Shown: positions 18,601 through 27,519, counted from the stretch's first letter. The stretch is DNA of 39,722 bases from Patescibacteria group bacterium (GCA_028870105.1 JAGWQI010000001.1:1-39722), one strand, 5' to 3'. Notes: generated by a model not told the origin, from the letters alone. Translations and numbers: made by a program.

Positions 18601-18906
18601 ATGAATAGAAATATCCTCGAGGGTAATATTATCGCGCAGCTTGGCTTGGAAAAGCTGCCGGATGAAGAAAAGGCCGCTTTGCTGGAACAAATGGTCGGTT
18701 GGGTGGAGAAGCGGGTGTTCGGCAAAATTCTGGCGTCTTTGGCCGAGGCCGACAAAGCGCGGTTTTTGGAAATTATGGAAAGCGGCGACCAGGCGGCCTC
18801 GGAAGAGTTCTTGTCTCAGAAGGTTCCAAACTTCGCGGAGCTGCTAGAACAGGAAACCGCCGCCGCCAAGCAGGAGCTGGCTGAGTTTCATAAGACACTC
18901 GATTAG
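18601..18906 (+). CDS. Small acidic protein, DUF5663-like
   Basis: LGLEKLPDEEK..LLEQM...VEKRV...L, F...KVPNF.ELL.QE pattern recalled from CPR genomes. Confidence 0.65.
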   Translation: MNRNILEGNIIAQLGLEKLPDEEKAALLEQMVGWVEKRVFGKILASLAEADKARFLEIMESGDQAASEEFLSQKVPNFAELLEQETAAAKQELAEFHKTLD

Positions 18907-18925
18907 CCCCCTAAAGGCTGAAAAT

Positions 18926-18953
18926 TTGTCTAAAGCCGGCGGTATGCTATAAT
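18926..18953 (+). promoter_or_regulatory. ftsZ promoter
   Basis: TTGTCT-16-TATAAT with an extended -10 TG. Confidence 0.65.
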
Positions 18954-19082
18954 GCCCCTAGCTTAAAACCAAACACAAACACCAAATACAACCAAAATTC
19001 GGCTGCCTTTCCCCGGTTGTATTTTATTTTGCCTAAGCCTTGCACTCTTTTGATTAATTTTGTATTCTTTATTTAGCATTTC

Positions 19083-20270
19083 ATGAGCAAAAAAATGGAA
19101 GTTAAACCAAAAGTTGAGACCTTTGCCAGAATCAAAGTTTTGGGCATCGGCGGATCGGGCACTAACGCGGTTAACCGCATGTCGCAGCTGGGCATCCGCG
19201 GCGTGGAGTTTGTTTCGGTCAATACCGACGCGCAAGCCTTGCATAATAACCAGGCCGATCGCAAGGTTCATATTGGGCGCGGTGTAACCAAGGGCCTGGG
19301 CAGCGGCATGAACCCCGAGCTTGGCCGGCAGGCGGCCGAGGAAAGCGTGGAAGAGTTGGAAGAAGTCGTGGATAACGCCGACATGGTGTTTATTACTTGC
19401 GGCCTTGGCGGCGGCACCGGCACGGGAGCCGCACCGATTATCGCCGAGCTGGCGAAGAACAAAGGCATCCTAACCGTGGCGGTGGTCACTAAGCCATTCA
19501 CGTTCGAAGGCAGCAAGCGCAAGGAAGTGGCTGAGGTTGGTTATGACAATTTGAAAGATAAAGTTGACGCCATTATTTCCATCCACAACGACCGCATTTT
19601 GCAGATCATCGACAAGAAAACTTCTTTGGTCGACGCGTTTAAGACTGTGGACGAGGTTTTGCGGCAGGGGATTTCCGGCATCAGCGATTTGATTACCACC
19701 CACGGTATTGTTAACGCCGACTTTGCGGACGTGAGAAGCATTATGCAGGACGCCGGCACGGCGCTCATGGGCATTGGCCATGCCAGCGGCGATACCCGCG
19801 CCCAAGACGCGGCCCGTCTGGCTATTAATTCGCCGCTGCTGGAAATGACTATCGACGGCGCCAAGGGCGTGTTGTTCAACATTACTGGCGGTCCCTCTTT
19901 GGGCATGTTCGAGATTGACGAGGCGGCCAAGGTGATTACCAAGAGTATTGATCCGGATGCCAAGGTTAAGTTTGGCGCGGTCATCGACGAAAGCATGGGC
20001 GACGACATCCGCATTACCGTCATTGCCACGGGTTTCGACGAAGCCAACAAGCGGCCAATGCCGGCGGTACTGCCGACTCAGCAAGAACATAAAAAATCCG
20101 AACCGCGGCCGGTCCAGCCCGCGCCGGAAATGCGCAAACCGTTGTTTGCGCCGCAGCCGGTGGCGCCGGTTTCCCAGGCACCGCGGCCGGTCCAGCCCGC
20201 GCCGCAGCCGGACGCCGCGCCCGATGACGAACTGGATATTCCCGCGTTCATTCGCAAAAAGATGAAATAA
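19083..20270 (+). CDS. ftsZ: Cell division protein FtsZ
   Basis: GGGTGTG tubulin signature, VNTD.QAL, NADFAD, C-terminal LDIPAFIRK. Confidence 0.99.
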   Translation: MSKKMEVKPKVETFARIKVLGIGGSGTNAVNRMSQLGIRGVEFVSVNTDAQALHNNQADRKVHIGRGVTKGLGSGMNPELGRQAAEESVEELEEVVDNADMVFITCGLGGGTGTGAAPIIAELAKNKGILTVAVVTKPFTFEGSKRKEVAEVGYDNLKDKVDAIISIHNDRILQIIDKKTSLVDAFKTVDEVLRQGISGISDLITTHGIVNADFADVRSIMQDAGTALMGIGHASGDTRAQDAARLAINSPLLEMTIDGAKGVLFNITGGPSLGMFEIDEAAKVITKSIDPDAKVKFGAVIDESMGDDIRITVIATGFDEANKRPMPAVLPTQQEHKKSEPRPVQPAPEMRKPLFAPQPVAPVSQAPRPVQPAPQPDAAPDDELDIPAFIRKKMK

Positions 20271-20323
20271 ATTCATAAGCTGACAAGCCCACACGCTTGC
20301 CAGCTTATTTTATAGGTTAGCTA

Positions 20324-20352
20324 TTGCATTTTTTTTGCAGATGTGCTATAAT
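20324..20352 (+). promoter_or_regulatory. sigma70 promoter
   Basis: TTGCAT-17-TATAAT with an extended -10 TG. Confidence 0.7.
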
Positions 20353-20548
20353 ATATACAGATATTGAAAAGGTCGATATCGGCACAAAAACAAGCCGGTA
20401 AATATCGTCTAAGAAACAAAAAAGCAAACAAAAATAAAATTAAATACCTCCAAAATTATCGGCTCTTTCAATTGGAGAGCGGATATAAATTGGTTTAAAG
20501 TGGTTTTGCCATTTAAACCAACTTTCTAGAGTTTTGGAACAAAGCATT

Positions 20549-20974
20549 ATGGAAACTTTGTTAACTACAGAGAGCCCGGGCAAGGTTATTGGGCTACTTG
20601 GCGCGGCCATGTGCTCGTTGGTGTTTTTGCTGGCCGTAACGCTCAGCGACGCCAGCTTTAGCGGCCAGCAGCAAGTGCTGCCTGACCCGTTCGGCCCGCA
20701 GCAGGTTATGGCCGTGCTCGACCAGGCCAGCAACAGCTACAGCAAGCTGGCCGACGCTTATTTTATTAACCCGCTCATGAACAGTTATTCGTCCATGTAC
20801 CAAAGCGCGCAGAGCGCGGTGGCGTTTATGCGGGAGTCCGACGTTGACGTGCGCATTGTGGCCATGGCCGGACTGTCGGATTTAGTCTGGCAGGAGCCTA
20901 CGCCAATGGCGCATCCTTCGCATTTGGCGCCCGGCCAAGTGGCCGGCGCGTTCACTATGCACCAAGCGCCATAA
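20549..20974 (+). CDS. Hypothetical membrane-anchored protein with C-terminal GQVAGA motif
   Basis: N-terminal hydrophobic helix; own promoter; a GxVAG-type motif is common in CPR surface proteins. Confidence 0.7.
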   Translation: METLLTTESPGKVIGLLGAAMCSLVFLLAVTLSDASFSGQQQVLPDPFGPQQVMAVLDQASNSYSKLADAYFINPLMNSYSSMYQSAQSAVAFMRESDVDVRIVAMAGLSDLVWQEPTPMAHPSHLAPGQVAGAFTMHQAP

Positions 20975-21039
20975 AATAGGACGCATAGATGTAAAATATC
21001 AAATTGGGATTTTACATCAGGAAGCGTAAACCAAAAATA

Positions 21040-21163
21040 AAAAACTCCCCGGTTATCCCGTAGAATGTCGGCTGTGCCCCCGACCGCTACAGGGTAAATA
21101 CCCGGGGAGTTTTTAATTCAAAGCCCGTCCCCCAAGTCGCTTCAGCGACAGTGGGACGGGCTT
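21040..21163. terminator. Two nested hairpins between convergent genes, likely a bidirectional terminator
   Basis: AAAAACTCCCCGG/CCGGGGAGTTTTT (21040-21114) and AAGCCCGTCCC/GGGACGGGCTT (21121-21163). Confidence 0.6.
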
Positions 21164-21185
21164 AATGGTAGAGTGTGACCCAGGC

Positions 21186-22295
21186 TTACTCGCCGGGAGG
21201 AGGGAGTACCATATTGTTGTAAGGGCCGAAGACGGTTTGCCGCGGCCCTTCTTCCACCGTTCCGACGGGCAGCAGCGGATAGCCGGCCTTCTCGGCAACG
21301 TCCATGGTTTTTTGGACATTGCCGGGATCGACGAAGATGTACCAGCCGGCGCCCCAGTTGAAGGTTGTCAGGCAGGTGTCGAGCGGGACTTCGCAGACTT
21401 CGTGCATGACCCGAAACAGCAGAGGGATTTGGTCTTCAGTCCACCAGGTATGGATGCGGTAGGTCAGCGGGCGCTTGTCGAACGCCAGCTTGGCCACGCC
21501 GTCTCCCGTGCCCGGCAGGAATGCCGAAACTTGGACTTCGTTCTGTTGCAGCGCCTCGACCAGTTGCACGTACGAACGGGTGGGGATGAGCGCTTCTTCG
21601 CCCAGGGTCTTGCCGTTCGGCAATTTGGTCAAAAATTGTTCGGGCAGCCCCAGCGCTTTGCCGATGACCAGCGAGGCGCCGTTGCTGTGCAGGCCAGTCG
21701 AAGGCGCCGCCAGAATGACGTTGCGGGGTCTAAGTCGACTGCCGTTGACTTTGAAGCTTGCCGGGGAGATGATGCCGGTGGCGCAGCCGCTAAGCACGGG
21801 AGCGCTTTTAACCGGTTCAGTGGCGCGGATCAAGTAACGCAGCGAAGGCGATTCGCCACCGACCAGGGCCATGCCAGTTTCCTGGCAGACCCGGAAGTAG
21901 CTCTCGCCCAAGTCGTGTCGCCGGTTCGCGTCGTTGAACCACTCGCTGTCGCCAGCCGCCGCTTCGTCGGTGTAAATGATCGGCAGGGCGCCTTTGGCGG
22001 CCAAGTCATTGGCGGCCATCAGTGCGTTATCGATCCCGATGCCGGAGTAGTAGCTGTTCCCCGTGCCGGAGAACAGGTACATCCATTCCGCGATCCAGTT
22101 CTTGTTGCCCAGGCCTTCTGTGACCTGGCATAGCCGGTGGTCCTTAGACCACGTGCAGTAACTGCCGTCTGACTCGACGATCACTTGCCGGCGATTCGGG
22201 AAGGTCAGGGTTCGCAGTCCAATTTCGCGCATAAAGTCTTTGAAGGGCTGGATTTGTTTGTAATCCACCCCGCCGACCTCAGCATAAATGTTCAC
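21186..22295 (-). CDS. purM: PurM/AIR synthase family protein (phosphoribosylformylglycinamidine cyclo-ligase-like), divergent
   Basis: Y..GVD, GIDNALMAANDL...GA.P, GGESP, STGLHSNG.SL, L.PTRSY, TGDG, TFNWGAG. SD GAGGTG precedes GTG 22295. Confidence 0.8.
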   Translation of the reverse strand: MNIYAEVGGVDYKQIQPFKDFMREIGLRTLTFPNRRQVIVESDGSYCTWSKDHRLCQVTEGLGNKNWIAEWMYLFSGTGNSYYSGIGIDNALMAANDLAAKGALPIIYTDEAAAGDSEWFNDANRRHDLGESYFRVCQETGMALVGGESPSLRYLIRATEPVKSAPVLSGCATGIISPASFKVNGSRLRPRNVILAAPSTGLHSNGASLVIGKALGLPEQFLTKLPNGKTLGEEALIPTRSYVQLVEALQQNEVQVSAFLPGTGDGVAKLAFDKRPLTYRIHTWWTEDQIPLLFRVMHEVCEVPLDTCLTTFNWGAGWYIFVDPGNVQKTMDVAEKAGYPLLPVGTVEEGPRQTVFGPYNNMVLPPPGE

Positions 22296-22417
22296 AACAG
22301 TCACCTCTTTAGTAGATTGTAGATTTCCCCCATGGGATTGTATGGGGGATTATACCACGCACAAATTTTTGTGGATATCCCGTTGGAGCAGAGCAAAAAT
22401 CCCCAATTTTGGGATTA

Positions 22418-22473
22418 TTGACAGAAACTATATGTAGTATTATCATAATAGAGTAAAGCACTAGATATAGTAT
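22418..22473 (+). promoter_or_regulatory. nrdR-nrdJ promoter with two tandem NrdR boxes
   Basis: TTGACA-17-TATCAT. AAACTATATGTAGTAT (22425-22440) and GCACTAGATATAGTAT (22458-22473) match the acaCwAtATaTwGtg consensus. Confidence 0.85.
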
Positions 22474-22681
22474 TTAGGCGGGAGACCAGAAATCCAACAA
22501 AAACCGAATATTTTCGTATAATAGCGCCCAAAACAGGCCATTTATACCCTTCGTTTGGGGAAGAGGGGTGAAAAGACCAAAACACAGACGCTCCAGAGAC
22601 TTTCCAAGCAAGGGTATTTTAATATCGCCCAAAAAGCCTTACTTAATGTTTTAATTTTAACGTCCGTGAAAGTTTAAAAGT

Positions 22682-23128
22682 ATGCGTTGTCCTAATTGCG
22701 GTAATGAGGACACAAAGGTCCTCGACAGCCGGCCTATAGATGACGGCGACGCTATCCGCCGCCGCCGGGAGTGCGAAAAATGCGAGTTCCGTTTTAGCAC
22801 TTACGAAGAAATTGAGATCTTGGACTTGACGGTGGTCAAGAAAGACGGGCGCAAGGAGCCTTACTCCAAGGAAAAGCTGGAACGGGCCATTACCCGGCCA
22901 TTCGAAAAAATTCCCCATACCGACGAGACTTTAAGAAAACTCATGTCGGCCATTGAGATTGAGATTCAAAAAAAGGCCAAAGGCGGGGAAATTGGCAGCC
23001 TGGATATTGGCGAGATTGTCATGAAGAAGATTAAACGAGTCAGCAAGGTTGCTTACATTCGCTTTGCCGCGGTTTACAGGCAGTTCGAGGACTTAGAAGA
23101 GTTTAAGGAAGAGCTTAGGAAATTGTAA
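22682..23128 (+). CDS. nrdR: Transcriptional repressor NrdR
   Basis: MRCPNC..DTKVLDSR...IRRRREC..C..RFSTYE, ATP-cone, VAYIRFA.VY. Confidence 0.98.
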   Translation: MRCPNCGNEDTKVLDSRPIDDGDAIRRRRECEKCEFRFSTYEEIEILDLTVVKKDGRKEPYSKEKLERAITRPFEKIPHTDETLRKLMSAIEIEIQKKAKGGEIGSLDIGEIVMKKIKRVSKVAYIRFAAVYRQFEDLEEFKEELRKL

Positions 23129-23134
23129 GGTTAT

Positions 23135-23203
23135 GGATTACAGATTATGTACGGATATAAGGATTACTGCAGTATCTGTACATCTGCAACGAATCTGTAA
23201 TCC
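23135..23203. repeat. Intergenic long inverted repeat
   Basis: GGATTACAGATT/AATCTGTAATCC enclosing ATGTACGGATA/TATCTGTACAT. Confidence 0.7.
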
Positions 23204-23242
23204 CTAGCCTCATTTACAAAGAAACTAATAATTATCACCACT

Positions 23243-25888
23243 ATGCAAATCAAAGAAAATCTGCAAGCCAGAAAAGTTAACGCACTCTCCGAGCTCGGGG
23301 AAAAAATTTTTTTGGACCGTTACGCGGTGAAAGACGTCAAGCGCGAAACTTTGGCGGTGGGCGATACCGTGGTGGTGTTAGTGAACCCCAAGACCGGCCA
23401 GCGCGAAATCGGCATTATTGAAACGTTAGACTTGGATAAAAAAGAGGTGCATGTGAAAATGCGCGACGGGCAAATCGAGACGCGCGCCGTTGAGCACGTA
23501 GACAAACCGCTGGAGACCGTGCCGGAGCAGATGTTCGAGCGCATCGCGCGGCATATTGCCAGCATCGAAAAAACCGCGCCCAAGCAAAAGGAGTGGGAAG
23601 AAAAATTTCGTACTTTAATGAACGACTGGAAGTACGTGCCGGCGGGCCGGATTTTTACCGGCGCGGGCACGGGCCAAAATCTGACGTTTTATAATTGCTA
23701 CGTGATTCCTTCGCCCAAGGACAGCCGGCAGGGGATTTTTGACACCTTAAGCCAGATGGCTGAAATCATGAGTCGCGGCGGCGGGGTGGGAATTAACGTT
23801 TCTTCTTTGCGCCCGCGTTATTCGTACGTGAAAGGCGTCAACGGCCGCAGCAGCGGCAGTGTATCGTGGGCCTCGCTGTATAGTTTTGTCACGGGGCTAA
23901 TTGAACAGGGCGGCAGTCGTCGCGGCGCGTTGATGCTGATTTTAAACGTTTGGCATCCGGACGTGATTGATTTTATTAATTCCAAAAAGGAAGCGGGTAA
24001 AATTACCAACGCCAATATTTCGGTTGGCATTACCGATGATTTTATGCAGGCCGTCAAGAACGACGAGCCATGGGATTTGGTGTTCCCGGACCCGAGCGAT
24101 CCCAAATACGACAAGGACTGGGACGGTAACATGCAGAAGTGGAAAGCGTTGGGCGGCAAGTTGGTTAAGCACAAAACCGTGCGCGCCCAGGATGTCTGGA
24201 CCAACATTATTGAATCGGCTTGGTCTTCCGCTGAGCCAGGCATGTATTTTATTGACCACGCTAATTATTTAAGTAACTCCTGGTATTATGCCGACTTGCC
24301 GTGCACTAACCCCTGCGGCGAGCAGCCGCTGCCGGCTTGGGGCGTGTGCAACCTCGGCCATATTAATTTAGCCAAACACGTTAACAAACAGACCGGGGAA
24401 GTGCTGTGGAATGAGCTGAAGACTACGGTGCAACACGCGGTGCGTTTTCAGGATAACGTTATTGACGCCACACCGTATTTTTTTGAGGAAAACCGCGGAC
24501 AGCAAATGAGCGAGCGCCGCGTGGGCATGGGTACCATTGGCCTGGCGGAGATGCTAATTCACTTGGGCTTGCGCTACGGCAGCCAGGAAGCGGTGGAGTT
24601 TATAGACAAGCTGTACCAGTTTATTGCCGTGACGGCTTACGAAACGTCGGTGGAATTGGCGCGCGAAAAGGGTGCGTTTGACAAGTTTAACGCCGAGAAG
24701 TTTTTGCAGAGCGGTTATATGAAGCAGATGCCGAATTATATTCGAGATTTGGTGGCCAAGTACGGCGTTCGCAACGTGACTATCTTAACGCAAGCCCCGA
24801 CCGGCACCGTGGGGACCATGGTCGGCACTTCCACGGGCATTGAGCCTTTCTTTTCCTGGACGTATTTTCGCAAGAGCCGCTTGGGTGTGCACGAGGAAAA
24901 AATTAGGCTGGCGCAGGATTGGGTCGACGCTCATCCCGGCCGGGATTTGCCGGAGCACTTTGTCACGGCCATGGAGCTGGCGCCGGAGGATCATGTGCGC
25001 GTGCAAGCCGCGGTGCAGCGCTGGACGGACTCGGCAATTAGCAAGACCGTGAACGCACCGCAAGATTATACGGTGGAACAAACCAAACAGCTTTACACCC
25101 TAATGTATGACTTAGGTTGCAAAGGCGGCACGATTTATCGCGACGGCAGCCGAGACGAGCAGATTTTGGCCACGGATCATAAAAAGTTGGGTAAAGACGT
25201 GACCGAACAAATCGAGGGTAAATTAGCCGCTGTTAAGGCTGAGCAGCCTAAAGAGGTCATGTCGGTGTCTGGCGACAGCGTGCGCATTAAGTTGGCTCCG
25301 CGCACCCGTCCGGATTTGATGAAAGGTATTACTTATAAGATGAACACGGCCTACGGTAATTTGTATGTGACCGTCAACGAGGACGAACAAGGGCCGTTTG
25401 AAGTATTCGCGGCCATGGGCAAGGCCGGCGGATTCTTTAGCGCCCAAACCGAGGCCATTACTCGCATGATTTCTTTGGCGTTGCGTTCGAACGTGGCGGT
25501 GGAAGAAATTATTGAACAACTTAAGGGGATTCGCGGACCGGATGTTTCGTTTTCTGACGGCGGCGTGGTATTCAGTTTGCCGGACGCCATTGCCAAAATT
25601 TTGGAAAAACACATCAAGCGCGCGGAAAAGCAATTAACGCTAGATCTGCCGCCGGCGAAATCAGACGTGACGGCCGAGGCGGTGCTTAAAGTCGAAGACG
25701 AGATTACTGAAAAGGTTATTGTGGAAGAAAAGATCAAGGCCAATGGGCACTTAACTTATAAAAAGGCGCAAAAAATTTCCATTGCTAATTTGGGCAACGC
25801 TCCGGTCTGTCCTTCTTGCGCTAACATGATGGTATTGGCCGAAGGCTGCATGAAGTGCGAGCACTGCGGGTATAGCAAGTGCGGATAA
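23243..25888 (+). CDS. nrdJ: Adenosylcobalamin-dependent (class II) ribonucleotide reductase with C-terminal TSCPD-like and zinc-ribbon domains
   Basis: NCYV, QGGSRRGA, TNPCGEQPL, CNLG, APTGT, SKTVN, YRDGSR, SLPDAIAKIL, CPSC...CEHCGYSKC. No beta subunit gene nearby; cobO lies downstream. Confidence 0.93.
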   Translation: MQIKENLQARKVNALSELGEKIFLDRYAVKDVKRETLAVGDTVVVLVNPKTGQREIGIIETLDLDKKEVHVKMRDGQIETRAVEHVDKPLETVPEQMFERIARHIASIEKTAPKQKEWEEKFRTLMNDWKYVPAGRIFTGAGTGQNLTFYNCYVIPSPKDSRQGIFDTLSQMAEIMSRGGGVGINVSSLRPRYSYVKGVNGRSSGSVSWASLYSFVTGLIEQGGSRRGALMLILNVWHPDVIDFINSKKEAGKITNANISVGITDDFMQAVKNDEPWDLVFPDPSDPKYDKDWDGNMQKWKALGGKLVKHKTVRAQDVWTNIIESAWSSAEPGMYFIDHANYLSNSWYYADLPCTNPCGEQPLPAWGVCNLGHINLAKHVNKQTGEVLWNELKTTVQHAVRFQDNVIDATPYFFEENRGQQMSERRVGMGTIGLAEMLIHLGLRYGSQEAVEFIDKLYQFIAVTAYETSVELAREKGAFDKFNAEKFLQSGYMKQMPNYIRDLVAKYGVRNVTILTQAPTGTVGTMVGTSTGIEPFFSWTYFRKSRLGVHEEKIRLAQDWVDAHPGRDLPEHFVTAMELAPEDHVRVQAAVQRWTDSAISKTVNAPQDYTVEQTKQLYTLMYDLGCKGGTIYRDGSRDEQILATDHKKLGKDVTEQIEGKLAAVKAEQPKEVMSVSGDSVRIKLAPRTRPDLMKGITYKMNTAYGNLYVTVNEDEQGPFEVFAAMGKAGGFFSAQTEAITRMISLALRSNVAVEEIIEQLKGIRGPDVSFSDGGVVFSLPDAIAKILEKHIKRAEKQLTLDLPPAKSDVTAEAVLKVEDEITEKVIVEEKIKANGHLTYKKAQKISIANLGNAPVCPSCANMMVLAEGCMKCEHCGYSKCG

Positions 25889-25951
25889 AATTTGAGGGCA
25901 AACTTGCTATTTTAGAAAATGCGGGCGGCGGAATTCCGCCGCCTGCTTGAT

Positions 25952-25992
25952 AAAAAATAAAAAGCCGTCGGGTGGGTGCGATTCCCGGCGGC
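25952..25992 (-). terminator. Terminator of the antisense small gene
   Basis: On the minus strand, GCCGCCGGG...CCCGACGGC (one mismatch) followed by TTTTTATTTTTT. Confidence 0.6.
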
Positions 25993-26021
25993 CTCGCGGC
26001 AAGTCTGGGAGAAGGCAGGCT

Positions 26022-26210
26022 TTAGTTGGTCATTCGCCGGCGGAAAGTGATAATCGGTAGGGCAATAAAGAAAACAATGCCCACCACCACCGGACCGATT
26101 ACTGGGTGAAGGAAAAACCCGACCATGCCCACGCCGAATGCTAGCAGCGGGTAGCCGAATTTGAACTCGGCGTGCGATGTTCCGAAGAACCATTTCCAAA
26201 CTTTGATCAC
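26022..26210 (-). CDS. Small (62 aa) two-TM membrane protein
   Basis: SD AGGAGG 6 nt before GTG; extended -10 TGTTATAAT at 26237-26245; downstream terminator. Confidence 0.7.
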   Translation of the reverse strand: MIKVWKWFFGTSHAEFKFGYPLLAFGVGMVGFFLHPVIGPVVVGIVFFIALPIITFRRRMTN

Positions 26211-26247
26211 TGAACGCCTCCTGTTTACTCAAAGTGATTATAACAAA

Positions 26248-26874
26248 ATGAAAAGCAAACCGAAACTTAAAATGCCTAAAGAGTTTTCCGACCAGCCCAA
26301 AGGTTTGGTGATTTGCTATATTGGCGACGGCAAAGGTAAAACCACGGCGGCCATGGGCATGGCCGCGCGCGCCGCCGGCGACGGCAAGAACGTGTTTGTT
26401 TTGCAGTTTGTTAAAGCTAAAGCGCAATCGGACGAACAGAAAAAAGAGGGTGAGTGGCCGGTCTCCAGCGAAATTAATTTTTTTAATAATATTAGTTATC
26501 CGTCGACGATCGGCACTATTGAAAACGAGCAAGTCGGCTTGGGCTTCGTGGGTATTTTGGGCGACAAAAAAGAAAAGGAACAGCACATTCGTCAAGCCAT
26601 TTATGGCCTGCAGCGCGCCCGCGAAATTATTGCCTCAGGCAAGTATCAATTGGTCGTGCTGGACGAAATTATTTCCGCCCTGGAAGTCGGGCTTATAGAA
26701 GAGCGCGATATTATTGACGTGATTCAGGCCAAGCCGGAGCTGCTGCATTTAGTGATTACCGGACATAATAAGTACCCGAATATTTTAAAGCTGTGCGATT
26801 TAGTGACGGAGATGAAAATGTTGCAGCATCCGTATTACAAAGGGATACTCGCACAGCGGGGGATCGATTATTAA
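26248..26874 (+). CDS. cobO: Cob(I)alamin adenosyltransferase (CobO/BtuR/CobA type)
   Basis: GDGKGKTTAAMG...RAAG, QFVK, LVVLDEI, LVITG, DLVTEM..HPY..G..AQRGIDY. Confidence 0.93.
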   Translation: MKSKPKLKMPKEFSDQPKGLVICYIGDGKGKTTAAMGMAARAAGDGKNVFVLQFVKAKAQSDEQKKEGEWPVSSEINFFNNISYPSTIGTIENEQVGLGFVGILGDKKEKEQHIRQAIYGLQRAREIIASGKYQLVVLDEIISALEVGLIEERDIIDVIQAKPELLHLVITGHNKYPNILKLCDLVTEMKMLQHPYYKGILAQRGIDY

Positions 26875-26894
26875 TAATAAGTAGGAAGCAGGGC

Positions 26895-26923
26895 TTGATA
26901 CTTGTTGTTTGATACGATATAAT
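26895..26923 (+). promoter_or_regulatory. Promoter, likely producing a leaderless mRNA
   Basis: TTGATA-17-TATAAT, 7 nt before ATG 26931. Confidence 0.7.
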
Positions 26924-26930
26924 TTTAACT

Positions 26931-27416
26931 ATGAAAAAATATTTCAAAATTTTATTTCCGGCATTCGCGGTGCTTTTATTGGCTGCGGGGTGTAATAAAA
27001 CCCAACCGCAAGACCGGCCGGCGCCATTGACCACTGCGGCGCAAGCTCCGGCGGAGCGTCCGGTTGGCCAAATGCAAACCAGGCAAAACGCGGGTAAGCC
27101 CGATTACACGCCCGGCTTCGTGATTGTCAGTGACACGGTTGAGGGTTCAAATTTAAACCACCAATACGACAAAGTTAAAGAGGGGACCACGGCGTTTGAC
27201 CTTCTGGACAGTACCCACAAGGTGACGGCGAAAGATTACGGAGCCGGGATGGGTAAGATGGTTTTGTCTATAGACGGAACTACGCCGGACAGCCAACATT
27301 ATTGGGGATTTTATGTTAACGGCAAGTCCAGCAACGTCGGCGCGTCAGCATATGCTTTAAAAGACGGTGACAAGGTTGAGTGGAAACTGGAAGCGATTAG
27401 TAACTACAAGGAATAA
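26931..27416 (+). CDS. Lipoprotein with DUF4430 (transcobalamin-like C-terminal) domain, putative B12-binding protein
   Basis: Lipobox LAAG|C; GTTAFDLL...V.SIDG...YWGFYVNGK.S.VGA..Y.LKDGD.VEW signature. Confidence 0.85.
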   Translation: MKKYFKILFPAFAVLLLAAGCNKTQPQDRPAPLTTAAQAPAERPVGQMQTRQNAGKPDYTPGFVIVSDTVEGSNLNHQYDKVKEGTTAFDLLDSTHKVTAKDYGAGMGKMVLSIDGTTPDSQHYWGFYVNGKSSNVGASAYALKDGDKVEWKLEAISNYKE

Positions 27417-27519
27417 TTCTTAACAACTTATTTCAACATATTTTTAGGTAGTTCATTTTTTATATTTGAAATACAATAAAAATATGCGAAAATATAGTGG
27501 AAATAGATTGTCTTGGGTT

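Noticed and set aside
20100..20215. Direct repeat CCGCGGCCGGTCCAGCCCGCGCCG in ftsZ
   Set aside because: It encodes PRPVQPAP twice in the normally variable FtsZ linker; an ordinary local duplication.
21165..22133. Long antisense ORFs (also 11280..12197, 19470..20294 and those within groEL)
   Set aside because: Shadow ORFs of well-supported genes in GC-rich coding DNA, with no motifs or expression signals.
22305..22365. Purine riboswitch upstream of purM (minus strand UAUAAU-hairpin-AAAUCUAC)
   Set aside because: There is no P3 or P1 and the L2 consensus is absent; TATAAT is better explained as an extended -10 element.
22480..22680. Cobalamin riboswitch in the nrdJ leader or upstream of cobO/DUF4430
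   Set aside because: Only fragments (GGGAA..GGTGAAA, CCAGAGAC) are present; no B12 box or GCCACTG core. The DUF4430 gene appears leaderless.
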